Positions 1-13,720 are shown, numbered from the stretch's first letter. The stretch is DNA of 64,000 nucleotides from Octopus sinensis (GCF_006345805.1 NW_021833269.1:21597-85596); one strand, 5' to 3'. A program made the numbers and translations. The notes: generated from the sequence alone by a model not told the origin.

Positions 1-473
1 AGAGCCGGCATGGTTCTGATGTTGCGCTAACTCCCGAAGTCCATGGTGGCCCTTGCCGAGTAGGCGGAAGTATTATTTTGCTGGAATACGTGGTTATAGA
101 GACGCGAGAAGAAGGGCACGATGTGAGGTTTTAGGATCTGGTCAACGTACCACTGTGCTGTGATACCATTCCCGCTGCCTGCACCATTTTGGAACACATG
201 GGGCCCAATTCTCTGATTCAGGCCTATAGCACCCCCAAACCACCCCACGCGTCTCTCCATGACATATGTGTCTCTGTAGCTTTTACCCCTCCTACGTCAC
301 TACTTCACTCTGCCATCCAAAGCAGAAACACAGTACTGGCTCTTGTCAGAGTAGACTATCGACCTCCATTGTTGATGCTGCCAATGTCGGTACTTTGCAG
401 TCCACTGTATTCGTACTTGACGGTGGCGGGCAGTGAGGACAGTCTTTCGAGCAGGACGATGGCAACGCAGGTT
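1..473 (-). pseudogene. Tc1-family transposase remnant, middle and C-terminal part (DDE region), disrupted
   Basis: Minus-strand translation LRCHRPARKTVLTARHRQVRIQWTAKYRHWQHQQWRSIVYSDKS...DGRVK**RR then ...IGPHVFQNG...YVDQILKPHIVPFF...HVFQQNN..AYSARATMDF matches the Tc1 FSDES / QQDNA motif layout; contains stops. Confidence 0.85.
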
Positions 474-474
474 A

Positions 475-1417
475 TTTTTTATTCATTTCCTTTCTCTTTC
501 CTTCATGTTTTCGAGTAAACAGCTATACAACTTGAAAACTGTCAAACTGTCGTGTTAATGGCTCCATTACTTCAACAATGTCGTTATCGAAAAATAAAGG
601 TTATTGTTATTGTTAATATTCCTCTTTGTGTTCTTTGTAATTAGCCCTCTGAAGTAAAAGAAACCATACTGCATGAAACAGAGATTTCAGCAAACAATCC
701 TCTCCATACACTGAACCGGGAAAGAAACGCAATTTTTTCAAATGTCATTTTTTATGGTAAATTCTGAAAATTCATTTCGGGGATGTAAGTAAATATTCCA
801 AGACTGAGACCGGAATTGCAGGCAATCCTTCAACTTTCCCTGAAACGAGACGCCAAAACGCACCTGGGTTGAATGCTATAGATGGCAGTCACAAACAATT
901 GTCATGAAAACCAAAATGCACGTGCATCTCGTAGAGGTTATCGGTTTAAAAATTAGCTCGACCCATGTTCCTGGTATTCGTAATTCGAATGCATCAGTTA
1001 GGACCTGATCGTCTTCAGCGCAGAGAGTACAAGCTATCGGCTGATAGCAGGATTGCGTATCCTGTTTGTTGCGAAAACTTACAATGTCTATGTCAGCACC
1101 ATCTATCGCCCGCAACAGCGATACAACAATACCTATTTCTATTTCTTTATTACACACAAGGGGCTAAACACAGAGGGGACAAACAAGGACAGACATAGGT
1201 ATTAAGTCGATTACATCGACCCCAGTGCGTAACTGGTACTTAATTTATCGACCCCGAAAGCATGAAAGGCAAAGTCGACCTCGGCGGAATTTGAACTCAC
1301 AACGTAACGCAGACGAAATACCGCTAAGCATTTCGCCGGGCGTGCTAACGTTTCTGCCAGCTCGCCGCCTTACAACAATACCATCGCGATACAACAATAC
1401 CATCAGCACTGCAGACC
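475..1417 (+). repeat. Inverted copy of 1569-2246 (about 690 bp arm, interrupted by a SINE)
   Basis: Direct reverse-complement match, e.g. 475 TTTTTTATTCATTTCCTTTCTC vs 2246 end; arm ends GCAGACC at 1417 vs GGTCTGC at 1569. Confidence 0.95.
1133..1370 (-). mobile_element. tRNA-derived SINE family A with 11-bp TSD TACAACAATAC
   Basis: Same sequence as copies at 2419 and 22020 (AAGGCGGCGAGCTGGCAG...GAGTTCAAATTCC...GTCGACTTTGCCTTTCAT...); TSD at 1122-1132 and 1371-1381. Confidence 0.9.
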
Positions 1418-2246
1418 ACTTGACGTTGTTCCATGTCGTCGCTGATGGGTCGCTATCTAGTGCCAATGGCCTCGCTAGCTGTCACACTGAAGCAATCATG
1501 GCGGTGTTGCAGGTGGATTAAGCGGTCCTTCATAGGCGTGGTCATCTGAGCGCGCCCTATGCGGGCACGGTCTGCAGTGCTGATGGTATTGTTGTATCGC
1601 TGTTGCGGGCACTAGATAAGGCTTACACAGACATTGTAAGCTTTCGCAACAAACAGGATACGCTGCCCTGCTATCAGCCGATAGCTTGTACTCTCTGCGC
1701 TGCTGACAATCGTGTCATAACTGATGCATCCGAATTACGAATACCAGGAACATGGGTCGAGCTAATTTTTATACACATAACCTCTACGAGATGCACGAGC
1801 ATTTTGGTTTTCATGACAATTGTTTGTGACTGCCACCGATGCCATTCAACCCAGCTGCGTTTTGGCGTCTCGTTTCAGGGAAAGTTGAAGGATTGCCTGC
1901 AATCTCGGGCTCAGTCTTGGAATATTTACACTTACATCTCCGAAATAAATTTTTAGAATTTACCATTAAAAAATGACATTTGAAAAAATTGCGTTTCTTT
2001 TCCGGTTCACTGTATAGAGAGGATTATTTGCTGAAATCACTGTTTCATGCAATATGGTTTCTTTTACTTCAGAGAGCTAATTGCAAAGAACACAAAGAGG
2101 AATATTAACAATAACAATAACCTCTATTTTTCGATAACGACATTGTTGAAGTAAAGGAGCCATTAAAACGACGGTTTGACAGCTTTCAAGTTGTATAGCT
2201 GTTTACTTGAAAACATGAAGGAAAGAGAAAGGAAGTGAGTAAAAAA
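1418..2246 (-). mobile_element. 5' region and N-terminal transposase of the same Tc1 element (ATG near 1718)
   Basis: Minus strand reads MTRLSAAQRVQAIG..VAKAYNV...QQRYNNTISTADRARIGRAQMTTPMKDRLIHLQH..., a Tc1 paired-like HTH with a degenerate GRPR motif; it continues logically into 473->1. Confidence 0.75.
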
Positions 2247-2418
2247 CAACACGTGGTGTGAAAAATACGTAAACTCTTAGAAGATGCAACCCTCCCGAGA
2301 TAGAAGAACCTCCACCAAGAGCCAATCAAGGATCCCGCGGTATCCCAGTCTTAACCTAACCACCACCAAGGGAACGAAACCTCACCCGTATGTTGTTCTC
2401 TAATATAGAGGCGTGGGC

Positions 2419-2651
2419 AAGGCGGCGAGCTGGCAGAAACGTTAGCACGCCGGGCGAAATGCCGAGCGGTATTTCGTCTGCCGTTACGTTCTGAGTTCAA
2501 ATTCCGCTGAGGCCGACTTTGCCTTTCATCCTTTCGGGGTCGTTTAAATAAGTACCAGTTACGCACTGGGGTCGATATAATCGACTTAATCCCCTTGTCT
2601 GTCCTTGTTTGTCTCCTCTATGTTTAGCCCCCTGTGGGCAATAACGAAATA
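2419..2651 (+). mobile_element. SINE family A with 17-bp TSD AATATAGAGGCGTGGGC
   Basis: A/B-box-like head; TSD at 2402-2418 and 2652-2668. Confidence 0.92.
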
Positions 2652-2718
2652 AATATAGAGGCGTGGGCCTAGATTATTTACGTTTACCCTAAATATTTCT
2701 GCCACGGTTACCAAACTG

Positions 2719-3338
2719 TTAACTTCGGCCCAGTGCGTCCATGCTGCCAACAAAGCACGCGGAATTCTGTTCTTGATTCGACGGTCATTCGGAATGCTCA
2801 CAGCAACCATATTCCTACTCTATGTCACGCTGGTGAGACCCATATTGGAGTATGGGATTCAAGCCTCTTCTCCTTATCTCCTCAAAGACATACAGCATCT
2901 CGAAAGAGTCCAGAAGCTGGCTACCCGCATGGTTCATGGTCTCAAAAATTTGTCCTACGAAGAAAGGCTGAGGACGCTCGACCTTTATTCCCTGGAAAAA
3001 CGCTGCCGCCGTGGTGATCTCATTCTCGCCCACAACATCATAAGCGGAAAGTGTAACCTCTCGAGCGTCGGCTGCGAGGTCATTCCGAAAAGCTCTACCT
3101 GCGACGATTTCATCTCAATCGAAGGAGAGGAGCTTTCTCCGTCCGGGTTGCGGATCCGTGGAACAAGCTGCCAGACGAGATGGTGAAGATGCCGACGACC
3201 GCTCAGTTCAAAGTCTCCCTTGACCTCAAGTGGCCTGAACTCTTTACATGAACACCACCCTGTACTTAACTCCATGTCCCCCTACATGGCCTTGCTATTT
3301 GCTTTTGAGCCAAAAAATTAACTAACTAACTAACTAAC
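2719..3338 (+). mobile_element. CR1-clade LINE, 5'-truncated 3' fragment with (ACTA)n tail
   Basis: LVRPILEYGIQASSPYLLKDIQHLERVQKLATRMVHGLKNLSYEERL..LDLYSLEKR.RRGDLI then, after a frameshift, RGHSEKL...FSVRVADPWNKLPDEMV...FKVSLD; 3'UTR hairpin CCATGT/ACATGG at 3272-3289. Confidence 0.93.
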
Positions 3339-3618
3339 ATATAGAGGCGTGGGCCTAGATTATTTACGTTTACCCTAAATATTTCTGCCACGGTTACCAA
3401 ACTGGAAAAGGGCAGAACATGTGGGTTTCTCCTTGTCCCCCAATAATTTCCTTAACAAGTGGGACTTTTATAAAAAAAATATCAATGAAGTAATGAATGA
3501 AGCCGAAAGTGTCTGACCCTCAATCATTTCAGGCTCCTCAAACAAACAACCCCTTTCCCTATAATTTCTAGACAGAAGAATACTGTCTGTCCTGCCTTGT
3601 TAAAGTGAGAAATTGATA

Positions 3619-4180
3619 TGATGATGACGATGATGATGAAGATGATGATGATTGTGTTGATGTTGATGATGATGATAATGATGATGATGTTGATGTTGAT
3701 GATGTTAATGTTGATGATGATGATGATTATGTTGAGGATGATAATTATGCTGCTGCTGCTGATGATGATGATGATGATTATGTTGATAATTATGTTGTTG
3801 TTGATGATGATGATGATGATGATGTTGATGATGATGATGATGTTGATTATGGTGATGATGATGTTGATGTTGATGATGATGTTGATTATGGTGATGATGA
3901 TGTTGCTGTTGATGATGATGATGATGATCATCATCATCATGGTCATGATTATGTTGATGATGATGATTACGTTGTTTTTTATGATGATGATGATGATGAT
4001 GAATGTGATTATGTTGATGATGATGATAATTATGTTGTTGTTAATGATGAGGATGATGATGATGATGATGCTACTGATGATGATTATGTTGATGATGATG
4101 AGGAGGAGGAGAAGGAGGAGGAGGATGGTGCTCACGATCCTGAACACCATCATCACCATAGCCATGATCATAATCATGTT
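3619..4180. repeat. Compound (GAT/GTT)n microsatellite
   Basis: Visible trinucleotide repeat; source of the poly-M and poly-I ORFs. Confidence 0.97.
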
Positions 4181-4952
4181 CACTTGTATAGACTCAAAAA
4201 CTTAGTCGAAATTATAAACTTTTAAATTTTAGTTTAATTTTAATTACAAAACAGGTGTATCATGTATAATTATTTAATTAAAACAGAAAACACTAATTAA
4301 GACCTAGAAGATAAACACAGGTAAAAATGTTGCCAAAATATTCTAAATATAATCAAATCAGAGTTTATTTTTTAATTATTTCTTATCTTCTCAGACTTGT
4401 CGTTCAATTCACGTTTACATTTTTTTAAATGTTTTAAATCCATTTTAATTAATTTTATGTTTATAAATAAATATATTAAAACTTCGTTTTAATAATCGCA
4501 CAATAGATTTTATACTAAACGAAAGCTGTTTAGCAATAGTTCAATCATGACTTAGTAGATCGATACTCGCTATCGTTTCCAGTCGCAACTCTCCCGACAT
4601 ATTTTTACGCATTTTTCGTTCGTTTTAGGTGTCTTTATTTACCGAATCACAGCAGCGCTGTTGTGGCATATTGTGTGTCTGTGGGGGATTCTAGAGCAAA
4701 GGAATCGTATTTCTTTTCTGGTATGAACACAATTGACTACTTACATAGACAGGAATAATGTAAATGCGGAGCAAAAGAAGTTATGGAGATGCAGAGACAT
4801 GAAAGGGAACAGGGGGAAAGCGGAAGAATAAAAATGGACTCCGTTATGGACAGGAAGTATAATTATCGAACCAGAATAAATCAATGGTAAAGTGGTTTCG
4901 GAGAGATTTGAACTCGAACACAGGAATATAGATATTTTACGCCGCTTTAAAC

Positions 4953-5181
4953 CAGTGGTTCACAAAGCGGGCATTATTGCTTCCCTGGCGATAATGGGGT
5001 GGCAATTCATGTAAAAACAACAAAATAATGGGTTTATAAGGTTGTTTTATTTCTGAAATACAGTTGGTTTGAATTTGATTCAGAAAGAGGTCTATGTTTG
5101 TGATGGATAGTTGGGGTGGGTGCTAGGAATGTGGCCAGGGTGTCAAGCGGGCGGCAGCCCGGAAAAGTTTGGAAACCACTG
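4953..5181. mobile_element. hAT (Charlie-like) MITE with 8-bp TSD CTTTAAAC
   Basis: Termini CAGTGGTTCACAAAG... / ...GTTTGGAAACCACTG; identical CTTTAAAC at 4945-4952 and 5182-5189. Confidence 0.88.
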
Positions 5182-5693
5182 CTTTAAACTATATTCTGTC
5201 CTCTGTCCAGACACAGTAAGACATCCCGACCCAACATTGTTATCCGTTTATAAGACTCGAAGTTGAACTTTTGAGGAAATTTGGTAGCAACTTAGCAAAC
5301 ATCTAAATACGTAGTCTTTTAGCGAAAGAAATTGAAAAGCAAGAAAAATGTGCAGGTAGGGATATGAGTGAATGCTAGCATATGAAGGTATAGCGAAAGA
5401 GGAAAACTATAAGTTCTGTGATGGGAGGAAATCTAAAAGAAAATATAAAATTTGCTATTTAATAACATTTTAATACACCCCTTCTTGGCATATTATACAC
5501 ATAACCACCATCCACTCTTAACACAACCAACAAGACAGCATTCCTACCTAGTTTCCAACCCATCCGCCGCATTGTCTCTCTTTCTCTCTGTCTGTCTGTC
5601 TGTCTCTCTCTGCCTCTAACTAATCATCTTTGTCACACCTTTGTATTTCTGCTTCTTCTGATAAAAGAATAACGTCTGACATATTCTTCCTAC

Positions 5694-5899
5694 TCTAGGC
5701 ACACGGCCCGAAATTTGGGGAGAGGGAGCCAGTCGATTAGATCGACCCCAGTACGCAACTGGCACTTAATTCATCGATCCCAAAAGGATGAAAGTCAAAG
5801 TCCACCTCGGCGGAATTTGAACTCAAAACGTAAATACAGACGAAACACCACTAAGTATTTCGCCCGGCATGCTAATGTTTCTGCCAACCCGCCGCCTTA
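5694..5899 (-). mobile_element. SINE family A, alternative-tail variant
   Basis: Head and core match family A; tail ...CCCAAATTTCGGGCCGTGTGCCTAGAG. Confidence 0.85.
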
Positions 5900-6133
5900 A
5901 CGTCCCAAATATCATTCAACTTTCTATTTTCATAAAAGCATTAAGATTATACCATATTTATTAATTTAAATGATAAATATAAAAATGCAATTTAATAAAA
6001 ATGTTATGTTTTTCTTTTAGCGTTCATCAATCATCGAAAATCTCTTTCTCTCTCTCTCTCTTTCACTATTTCTCTCTATCTCTCAATTTCTCTCTGCCTA
6101 CACACACACACACACACACACGCGCGCGCACAC

Positions 6134-6188
<55 letters not shown>

Positions 6189-6204
6189 CGTGTGTGTATG
6201 TGTA

Positions 6205-6519
6205 TTCCACAAATTTAGCAATATTTCCGTAAGATTCTTAAACAAAGCAGGAAAAAATGTTTCTTAGATGTACTACCGCAACAAAATTATTTTGCTAACT
6301 TTAAAAGTCACCAGCCTTATGGCTTAAAATTTTACACAGTTCTAAAGTGGTTTCTAACCATTTCCCTTGAAACCACTTTAGAACTGTGTAAAATTTTAAG
6401 CCATAAGGCTGGTGACTTTTAAAATTAGCAAAATAATTTTGCTGCGGTAGTACATCTAAGAAACATTTTTTTCCTGTATTGTTTAAGAATCTTACGGAAA
6501 TATTGCTAAATTTGGGGAA
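6205..6519. mobile_element. Palindromic MITE-like fold-back element (150-bp arms, 14-nt spacer)
   Basis: 6205-6354 is the reverse complement of 6369-6519 with few mismatches. Confidence 0.9.
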
Positions 6520-7159
6520 AAGATATCAACCTAGAATCATAAACAGTATCAGCTGTATTTTAATTACTGTGATTTAAAACTGAGTTCAGTGACATTTTAG
6601 TTTGAAATATGAATTATATAATAACAAAAAACAAAAAAAAATAACAGAAAAAAATATCCCATTGTAAACAAAATGTGCTTTGATAAAAATTGTAATTGTT
6701 TTCGTTCGATTCATTTCTATTTCGTATTAAACGAATTTTAACAAGTTTATAATACCTATTTTCATTTCTTCGTATGTTGCATGCATCGTCTTTCTTGTTT
6801 CCTTTCCAGAAAATTGATTGTAAAGAAAAGGAAAGATACAAACGTAAGAATTAAAAAGTAATTCAAAGAGAATCCCAAATTACATGTTACGTAAACATTT
6901 CACATTTATACATGTATCTCTCTTCAAATACGAAATCTATTTCAATCAAAGACGTAAATTAAATCGATTATCTTTATTTATTTTTTTAAATATTACAAAC
7001 ATTGAAATAATCCTAATTACTTTTAGAAAATTATATTCCCAATGTCAAACTGCAAAAACCACAAGTAAAAACAAAAAAAAGTTTAAGAAATTACCATATA
7101 TCTTTCGTTTAAATATTACAATATTGTTTATAATCTTATAAGGGATTCAAATTCACGGT

Positions 7160-7237
7160 AAATGAAATATATATATATATATATAATAAATATATACATA
7201 CACACAACACACACACACATTAATATATTATATATAT

Positions 7238-7283
<46 letters not shown>

Positions 7284-7660
7284 TATATATATATATAATA
7301 TATACATGTATATATATATATATTATATATATATATATATATTATTATATATACATATATATACATATATATATATACACATATATATACATATTCATAT
7401 ATAATATATATATATACATATATATATATACATATATATATACATATATATATTATATATATATATAATATATATATATATATTCATATATATACATACG
7501 CATATATATATATATTATATATATACATACAAATAATATATGTATGAATGTATGTATATATACACACAACTATTGGGAAAAAAATTTCTACAGGTTTTTT
7601 TCCCTATCCTAACAGGATCGCACGCACACATCACCAACTCACGTATGCACACATACATTG

Positions 7661-7694
<34 letters not shown>

Positions 7695-7720
7695 ATATAT
7701 ATATACATATTATATATAGA
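7160..7720. repeat. (TA)n/(CA)n microsatellite block
   Basis: Visible. Confidence 0.95.
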
Positions 7721-8061
7721 TATGCATGTGCATATACCCCTATATTGCCAAACATTTCTATTAGCATACATTCGAATGAGTGATAATAAACGAAATACAT
7801 TCACCGGGAACACATGAGATAAAAATGGAGAAGGGAATACGAAGAGAAATGAAGTTCATAGATATATAGCAGAGATATGAATAGGTGTATATATCATATA
7901 TCATAGAAACACTTCATAATTAATGTATTAATTAATTATTAATTATGAACAAAAGCACTGAGAACATGATATAACTTGTTACGTCCTTTTCTCAAAGATG
8001 GAAATTGAATTTCGGATATATAGATATCATCGTGTATTTCGAGACATTTTATATCTGTCCG

Positions 8062-8545
<484 letters not shown>

Positions 8546-8997
8546 CCTCCAAGCTGTATGTACATATATATACACTTATATACCCATGCACTCACATACG
8601 CGCATATACATACATACATACTTATATATATATATATATACACACTCATATACATAGAGTTATATACATTAACTCAAATACATGTATGTGAATGTCTAGC
8701 CGTATGTCTGCACACACATTTATTTACGTATATGATATACCGTAATACAGTATAGAACGAGAATTCGGATGTGGCAAAAATTTTTTACGGAAGTCGCGAT
8801 TAACAGTATTTAGAATAGTGCACGCGGAATATTAAAGAGATGGGGGGAGGAGGGAAAGGATATTGCATACGCACAGAATTCGTAGCACTTTATATATATG
8901 CTCTATCGTCAACAGAGAAGACTATTTACAAAATAGCAATTTGGTATATATACATATATATATAATATTATATATGTATATATATATATATGTATGT

Positions 8998-9031
<34 letters not shown>

Positions 9032-9271
9032 GATATAATATATATATATTATATATAGAATTAAGATGTATATGTGGGTAACACACAACCCACACACACA
9101 CACACATATATGCATTTACTAATATTGGGGAGGAAAAGCCGCGTGAACTGTGTTGGCGGTAATATTTATCATGAGTAATTAATCTTTCAGATTTTCTGTC
9201 AACTACCATTAGTAGAGATAATTCTATGTATATGTAAAAGAGTGAATATATATATGTGTGTTTGTGTGTGT

Positions 9272-9303
<32 letters not shown>

Positions 9304-9823
9304 ATGTTTGTATATATATATAGTTAGATAGATATGTACGTAAGTATATTAGATATAGATATACATAGATATATTTATATATAATGTGATATATATATAT
9401 GTGTGTGTGTGTATACGAATGCCGGCGTGGATACGATGATATACCGTTATGTATTATTGTACGTATAGGTATTGGATAATGTATATATATAAATTTTGTG
9501 CTTGATTATATATATGGTGCTATATTAATATTATAGCATAATATATGTATATAATATGTATATCCATATATATATTATGTATATAGAGATTATATATTGT
9601 TGTTATATATATATGTCTATCTATAATGTATAGCGAATATAATATATATTATATGTATATATATTATATATATATATGTATATATATATGTATATATATA
9701 TGTGTATATATATTATATATATATATATATCTATATTATATATAAATATATGTATATATATATATATATGTATGGATTTATATATATATATATATATATA
9801 TATTATTATATATATTATATAAA

Positions 9824-11086
9824 TATAATTTCAAAATTGAGGGTAAAATTAATTAATTATTAATCAATTTCACCAGTATTCAGTGTAAAGGGACCTTAAG
9901 GCGAATTCAAATTATACATTATATAAAAGGGCTAGTAAAATAATTACTTTGCCACATACTGAAACTTCATTAGAAATAGTAGCTAAAAAAACTGTTTTAA
10001 AACATTTCTAATACTTAAAGAAAAATCTCTCTCATAAGTGTTTGCTCAATTCAACTCACGAAAGTATGGGGGTAAAGACATTAAAAAAATCAAATGCAAG
10101 TTATTTGAGAACGTACGTTTCAAGGTTAGTCCAATCGACATTTCTTCATCAGCTCAGAACTCCTTGGTTTTGATTTGAAAACACTGAAAGTGAGAGCATA
10201 CCCTTTCGGCTCTTATCGCTTCTGAAGATCTGCTCGAAAACTAACAGTGCCAGCAAACCCAACATAGCCAGCGAAGAATCCAAACCAAGGAGTTCTGAGC
10301 TGATGATAGAAATGTCGAGTTGACTAATCTTGAAACGTACGTCTCAAATAACCTTTGCATTTGATTTTTTAATGTCTCTACCCCAACTTTCGTGAGTTGA
10401 ATTGAGCAAACACTATATGAGAGAGATTTTTTTTTAAGTATTAGAAATAGTTTTAAAAAAGGTTTTTTGCTACTATTTCTATGAGTTCAGTATGTGGCAA
10501 AGAAATTTATTTTACTAAGCCCTTTATATAATATGTAATAATTTGAATTCGCCTTAAATGGTCCCTGTACATACTGAATACTTGGTGAATGATTAATAAT
10601 TAATTAATTTCCCTCAATTGTTGAAATTATAATTATCTATCTCTATTTAATGCTTCGGATTTACCGAAAAGCAATAGTGTTTACTGATTTTAACCCACGC
10701 TGGTGGAAAGGGGAGGGAGAGCAGAAATTCTTCGCTGCATATGTTGGGTTGCTGGCACTGTTAGTTCGAGCAGATCTTCAGAAGCGATAAGAAGCCGAAA
10801 GGGTATGCTCCCACTTTCAGTGTTTCCAAATCCAAACCAAGGAGTTCTGAGCTGATGATAGAAATGTCGAGTTGACTAATCTGAACACGTACGTTCTCAA
10901 ATAACCTTTGCATTGATTTTTAATGTTTTACCCCATACTTTCGTGAGTTGAATGAGCAAACACTATATGAGAGAGATTTCTTTAAGTATTAGAAATAGTT
11001 TTAAAAAAGTTTTTTTTTTTTTGCTACTATTTCTAATGAGTTCAGTATGTGGCAAAGTAATTTATTTTACTAAGCCCTTTATATAA
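9824..11086. repeat. Three copies of a ~450-bp unit (one forward, two inverted) between (TA)n tracts, each with a hammerhead-like motif
   Basis: 9824-10278 forward; 10279-10632 is the reverse complement of 9824-10175; 10728-11086 is the reverse complement of ~9920-10278. Confidence 0.9.
10106..10156 (-). ncRNA. Hammerhead ribozyme-like motif (type I)
   Basis: UGAG-CUGAUGA-AGAAAUGUCGAUUGGACUAACCUU-GAA-AC-GUAC-GU-U-CUCA: stem I UGAG/CUCA, palindromic stem III, weak stem II. Sister copies at 10296-10346 (+) and 10848-10899 (+). Confidence 0.5.
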
Positions 11087-11111
11087 TATATATATATATA
11101 TATTATATATC

Positions 11112-11163
<52 letters not shown>

Positions 11164-11845
11164 GAAGAGAAATAGAAAAAGGCGTGGGGAGAAGAAGCAG
11201 GGATGGATAAGAGGAAATCTGAGCAGGTGCATGAAAGAAAATTGCTTTTCCTTCTGAATTTTTTATTCTATTTACTGTTGTATCCATTCTAATAATTTAT
11301 TTAGATTACATTGTGTTGTTGTGGCTCAACTTTTATATCGTCTTCCTACTCATGTATTATAACTAAAAGATATATCGAGCATTTAGTCACCAGAATATAC
11401 AAGACTTACTGAGAGAAATATATTGATGTATTCATACTTATAACTACTGCACCCGTATATATATAAAGATAAGTCTAGAAATTTGTGCTTACGTGTATGT
11501 ATAAATACATGCATACATTTTTATATATATATAGATATATATATATATATATATATGCAGATATATATACACTATTTATACACATATATATATAACACAC
11601 CATATATACCACATATATACACACACATATATATACATACTATATAGATATATTTATATATACACACACATATATATACATATATAAACATAAACAACAC
11701 ACATATATATATATAATACATATACACACACACACAAATATATATATATATACACATATATATATACATATATACATATACACACACAGATATATTATAC
11801 ATATAAACATATATCTATATATACATATATATATGTATAACATAT

Positions 11846-11916
<71 letters not shown>

Positions 11917-12170
11917 TATATATAAAATATAAACTTGATAAACTTAGATATGTTTCGACCAAAATGGTCCAGGCCATGTCTAACTTATAGCACCACCTGA
12001 TAGGATTATTCGAATCCTGTTTAAGTCATGTTTTTTTAAGTCAAGTTTTGTTCAAGTAGTGAGTTCTTGTTGGGTGATATAATATATATATATATATATA
12101 TTATGTATATATATATATATAATATATGTAGGTATATATAAATACACATATATATATATACATATACATG

Positions 12171-12214
<44 letters not shown>

Positions 12215-12255
12215 GTATATATTATAAATTACACATATATAATATATATATACAT

Positions 12256-12293
<38 letters not shown>

Positions 12294-12804
12294 ATATATA
12301 TATATACTAATATGTATGTATGTATACACATATGTAAATGCATGTATGTATTTATATGTACTTATATCTGGCCTAATGCGTTCGGTTCATGATGGTCGGA
12401 AAATATTCTTGCGGCATGTTCTCCAACAGGGTTCAGATACCACTAAGGTCATTTTTTTTACCTTTTATGTTGTTGAGGTGAATGAAATTAAAGACGATTG
12501 AAATACTGGAGTCGATAAATCGATTATCGATATTCACTCAAAAATAGCTGGTTTGTGTTTACATCAGAAATATTTGTTAGACAATGATGACTTTGCAGAA
12601 TCGTAAAGCGCCCCTGTACAAATACTTTGTCACGTTCGTTCTGAGATCGAATCTCGCTATGGTCAACATGGATTTCATTACTTTTATAGCCAGTAAATTA
12701 TAGCAATAATTTAGTATTGGGGTCAACGTAACAGACACGCTTAATTCTCTTAAAATATCTAAACTTGTACCTCAAATCAGAGAACATTATTTTATATTAT
12801 TTCA

Positions 12805-13090
12805 GCTTCAGTTCTTCAAGTTTCACTTCAAAAAGAAAGTGAGGGTAGAGATGGAAGTGTTGTCTTCTAGGAAATATGTTGAAAAGTTGGTGGATGTTGG
12901 AAAAATGACCAACGTGAATGTCCCAATTGTGAGAATACACCTATAAAAAGAATAAAAGGAGAATGGCTCTTGCCTGTTGATCTGGCACCCGTAGTTTTTG
13001 TGTTTTTTCCACAGGTAACATTTAAAGCGCCCATCCACCTGTTGGGAGTTTTACTTGTTAATTTATTTTGTTTTTTCATGTTTATGCGAA
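12805..13090 (+). mobile_element. Tx1/L1-like LINE ORF2 C-terminal fragment
   Basis: FFKFHFKKKVRVEMEVLSSRKYVEK resembles FKFHLKRKLRVEREVL at ~55800 (-). Confidence 0.6.
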
Positions 13091-13272
13091 TGTTATGTAG
13101 ATAGGAATATAGGCAGATGAACACAAACGTACTTAGTTGCAGTACAAAATACAGATTAAACAACAAAGGAAATAGTTGAAGTTATGTATAATTTTATCTC
13201 GACAGCTGTTTCTAGAACACGATGGACATATATATATATACACACACACATATATATATATACATTCATACT

Positions 13273-13315
<43 letters not shown>

Positions 13316-13529
13316 ATATATATATATATATATATTGGAATATATATATATATTGGAATATATATATACACATATATAAACATATATATTCATATATCTA
13401 TATGCATATGTGTGGGTATGTTTGTGCCTATGTTTCACCCTCCCACGACAAAGCTTGTCACCTTGTGTTTCTTTGTTTATGTCCCTGGAACCCAGCGGTA
13501 CGTTAAACAACATCGATGGAATAAGTACC

Positions 13530-13720
13530 TCACATAAAACCGAAGAAAAAGAATCAGAAATACTAATGTCAATTTATTCGGCAAAAAAAACTTTCAAGGC
13601 ATTGCTCCAGCTTAGCCGTAGTTCAATAATCGAAACAAGTAAGATAAAAATATTTAAAGAACTCATTGAAGCTTCCGTCAATTTTCACTTTGTTTACGAT
13701 ATCTGGCGCTGGTTTTCACC
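13530..13720 (+). pseudogene. Possible decayed RTE/CR1-type ORF2 C-terminal fragment
   Basis: SAKKTFKALLQLSRSSIIETSKIKIFKELIEAS resembles the post-RT A..AF..L....I....K..IF motif. Confidence 0.3.

Noticed and set aside
876-1956. Pair of similar ORFs (876-1157 minus, 1603-1956 plus)
   Set aside because: Antisense frames of the duplicated Tc1 5' region; the real coding frame is on the opposite strand.
3524-4205. Long ORFs of 195-219 aa (and similar ones at 24303, 30540, 33306, 42331, 56204)
   Set aside because: They are translations of tri- and tetranucleotide microsatellites that lack stop codons; not genes.
7913-7949. AT-rich palindrome TTCATAATTAAT...ATTAATTATGAA
   Set aside because: Low complexity; expected by chance at this AT content.
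11940-12020. Hammerhead in the GACC/GGTC-GAAAC repeat (also at ~51495-51560)
   Set aside because: It has stem II plus GAAAC but no CUGANGA and no GUH site; recorded only as a shared short repeat.
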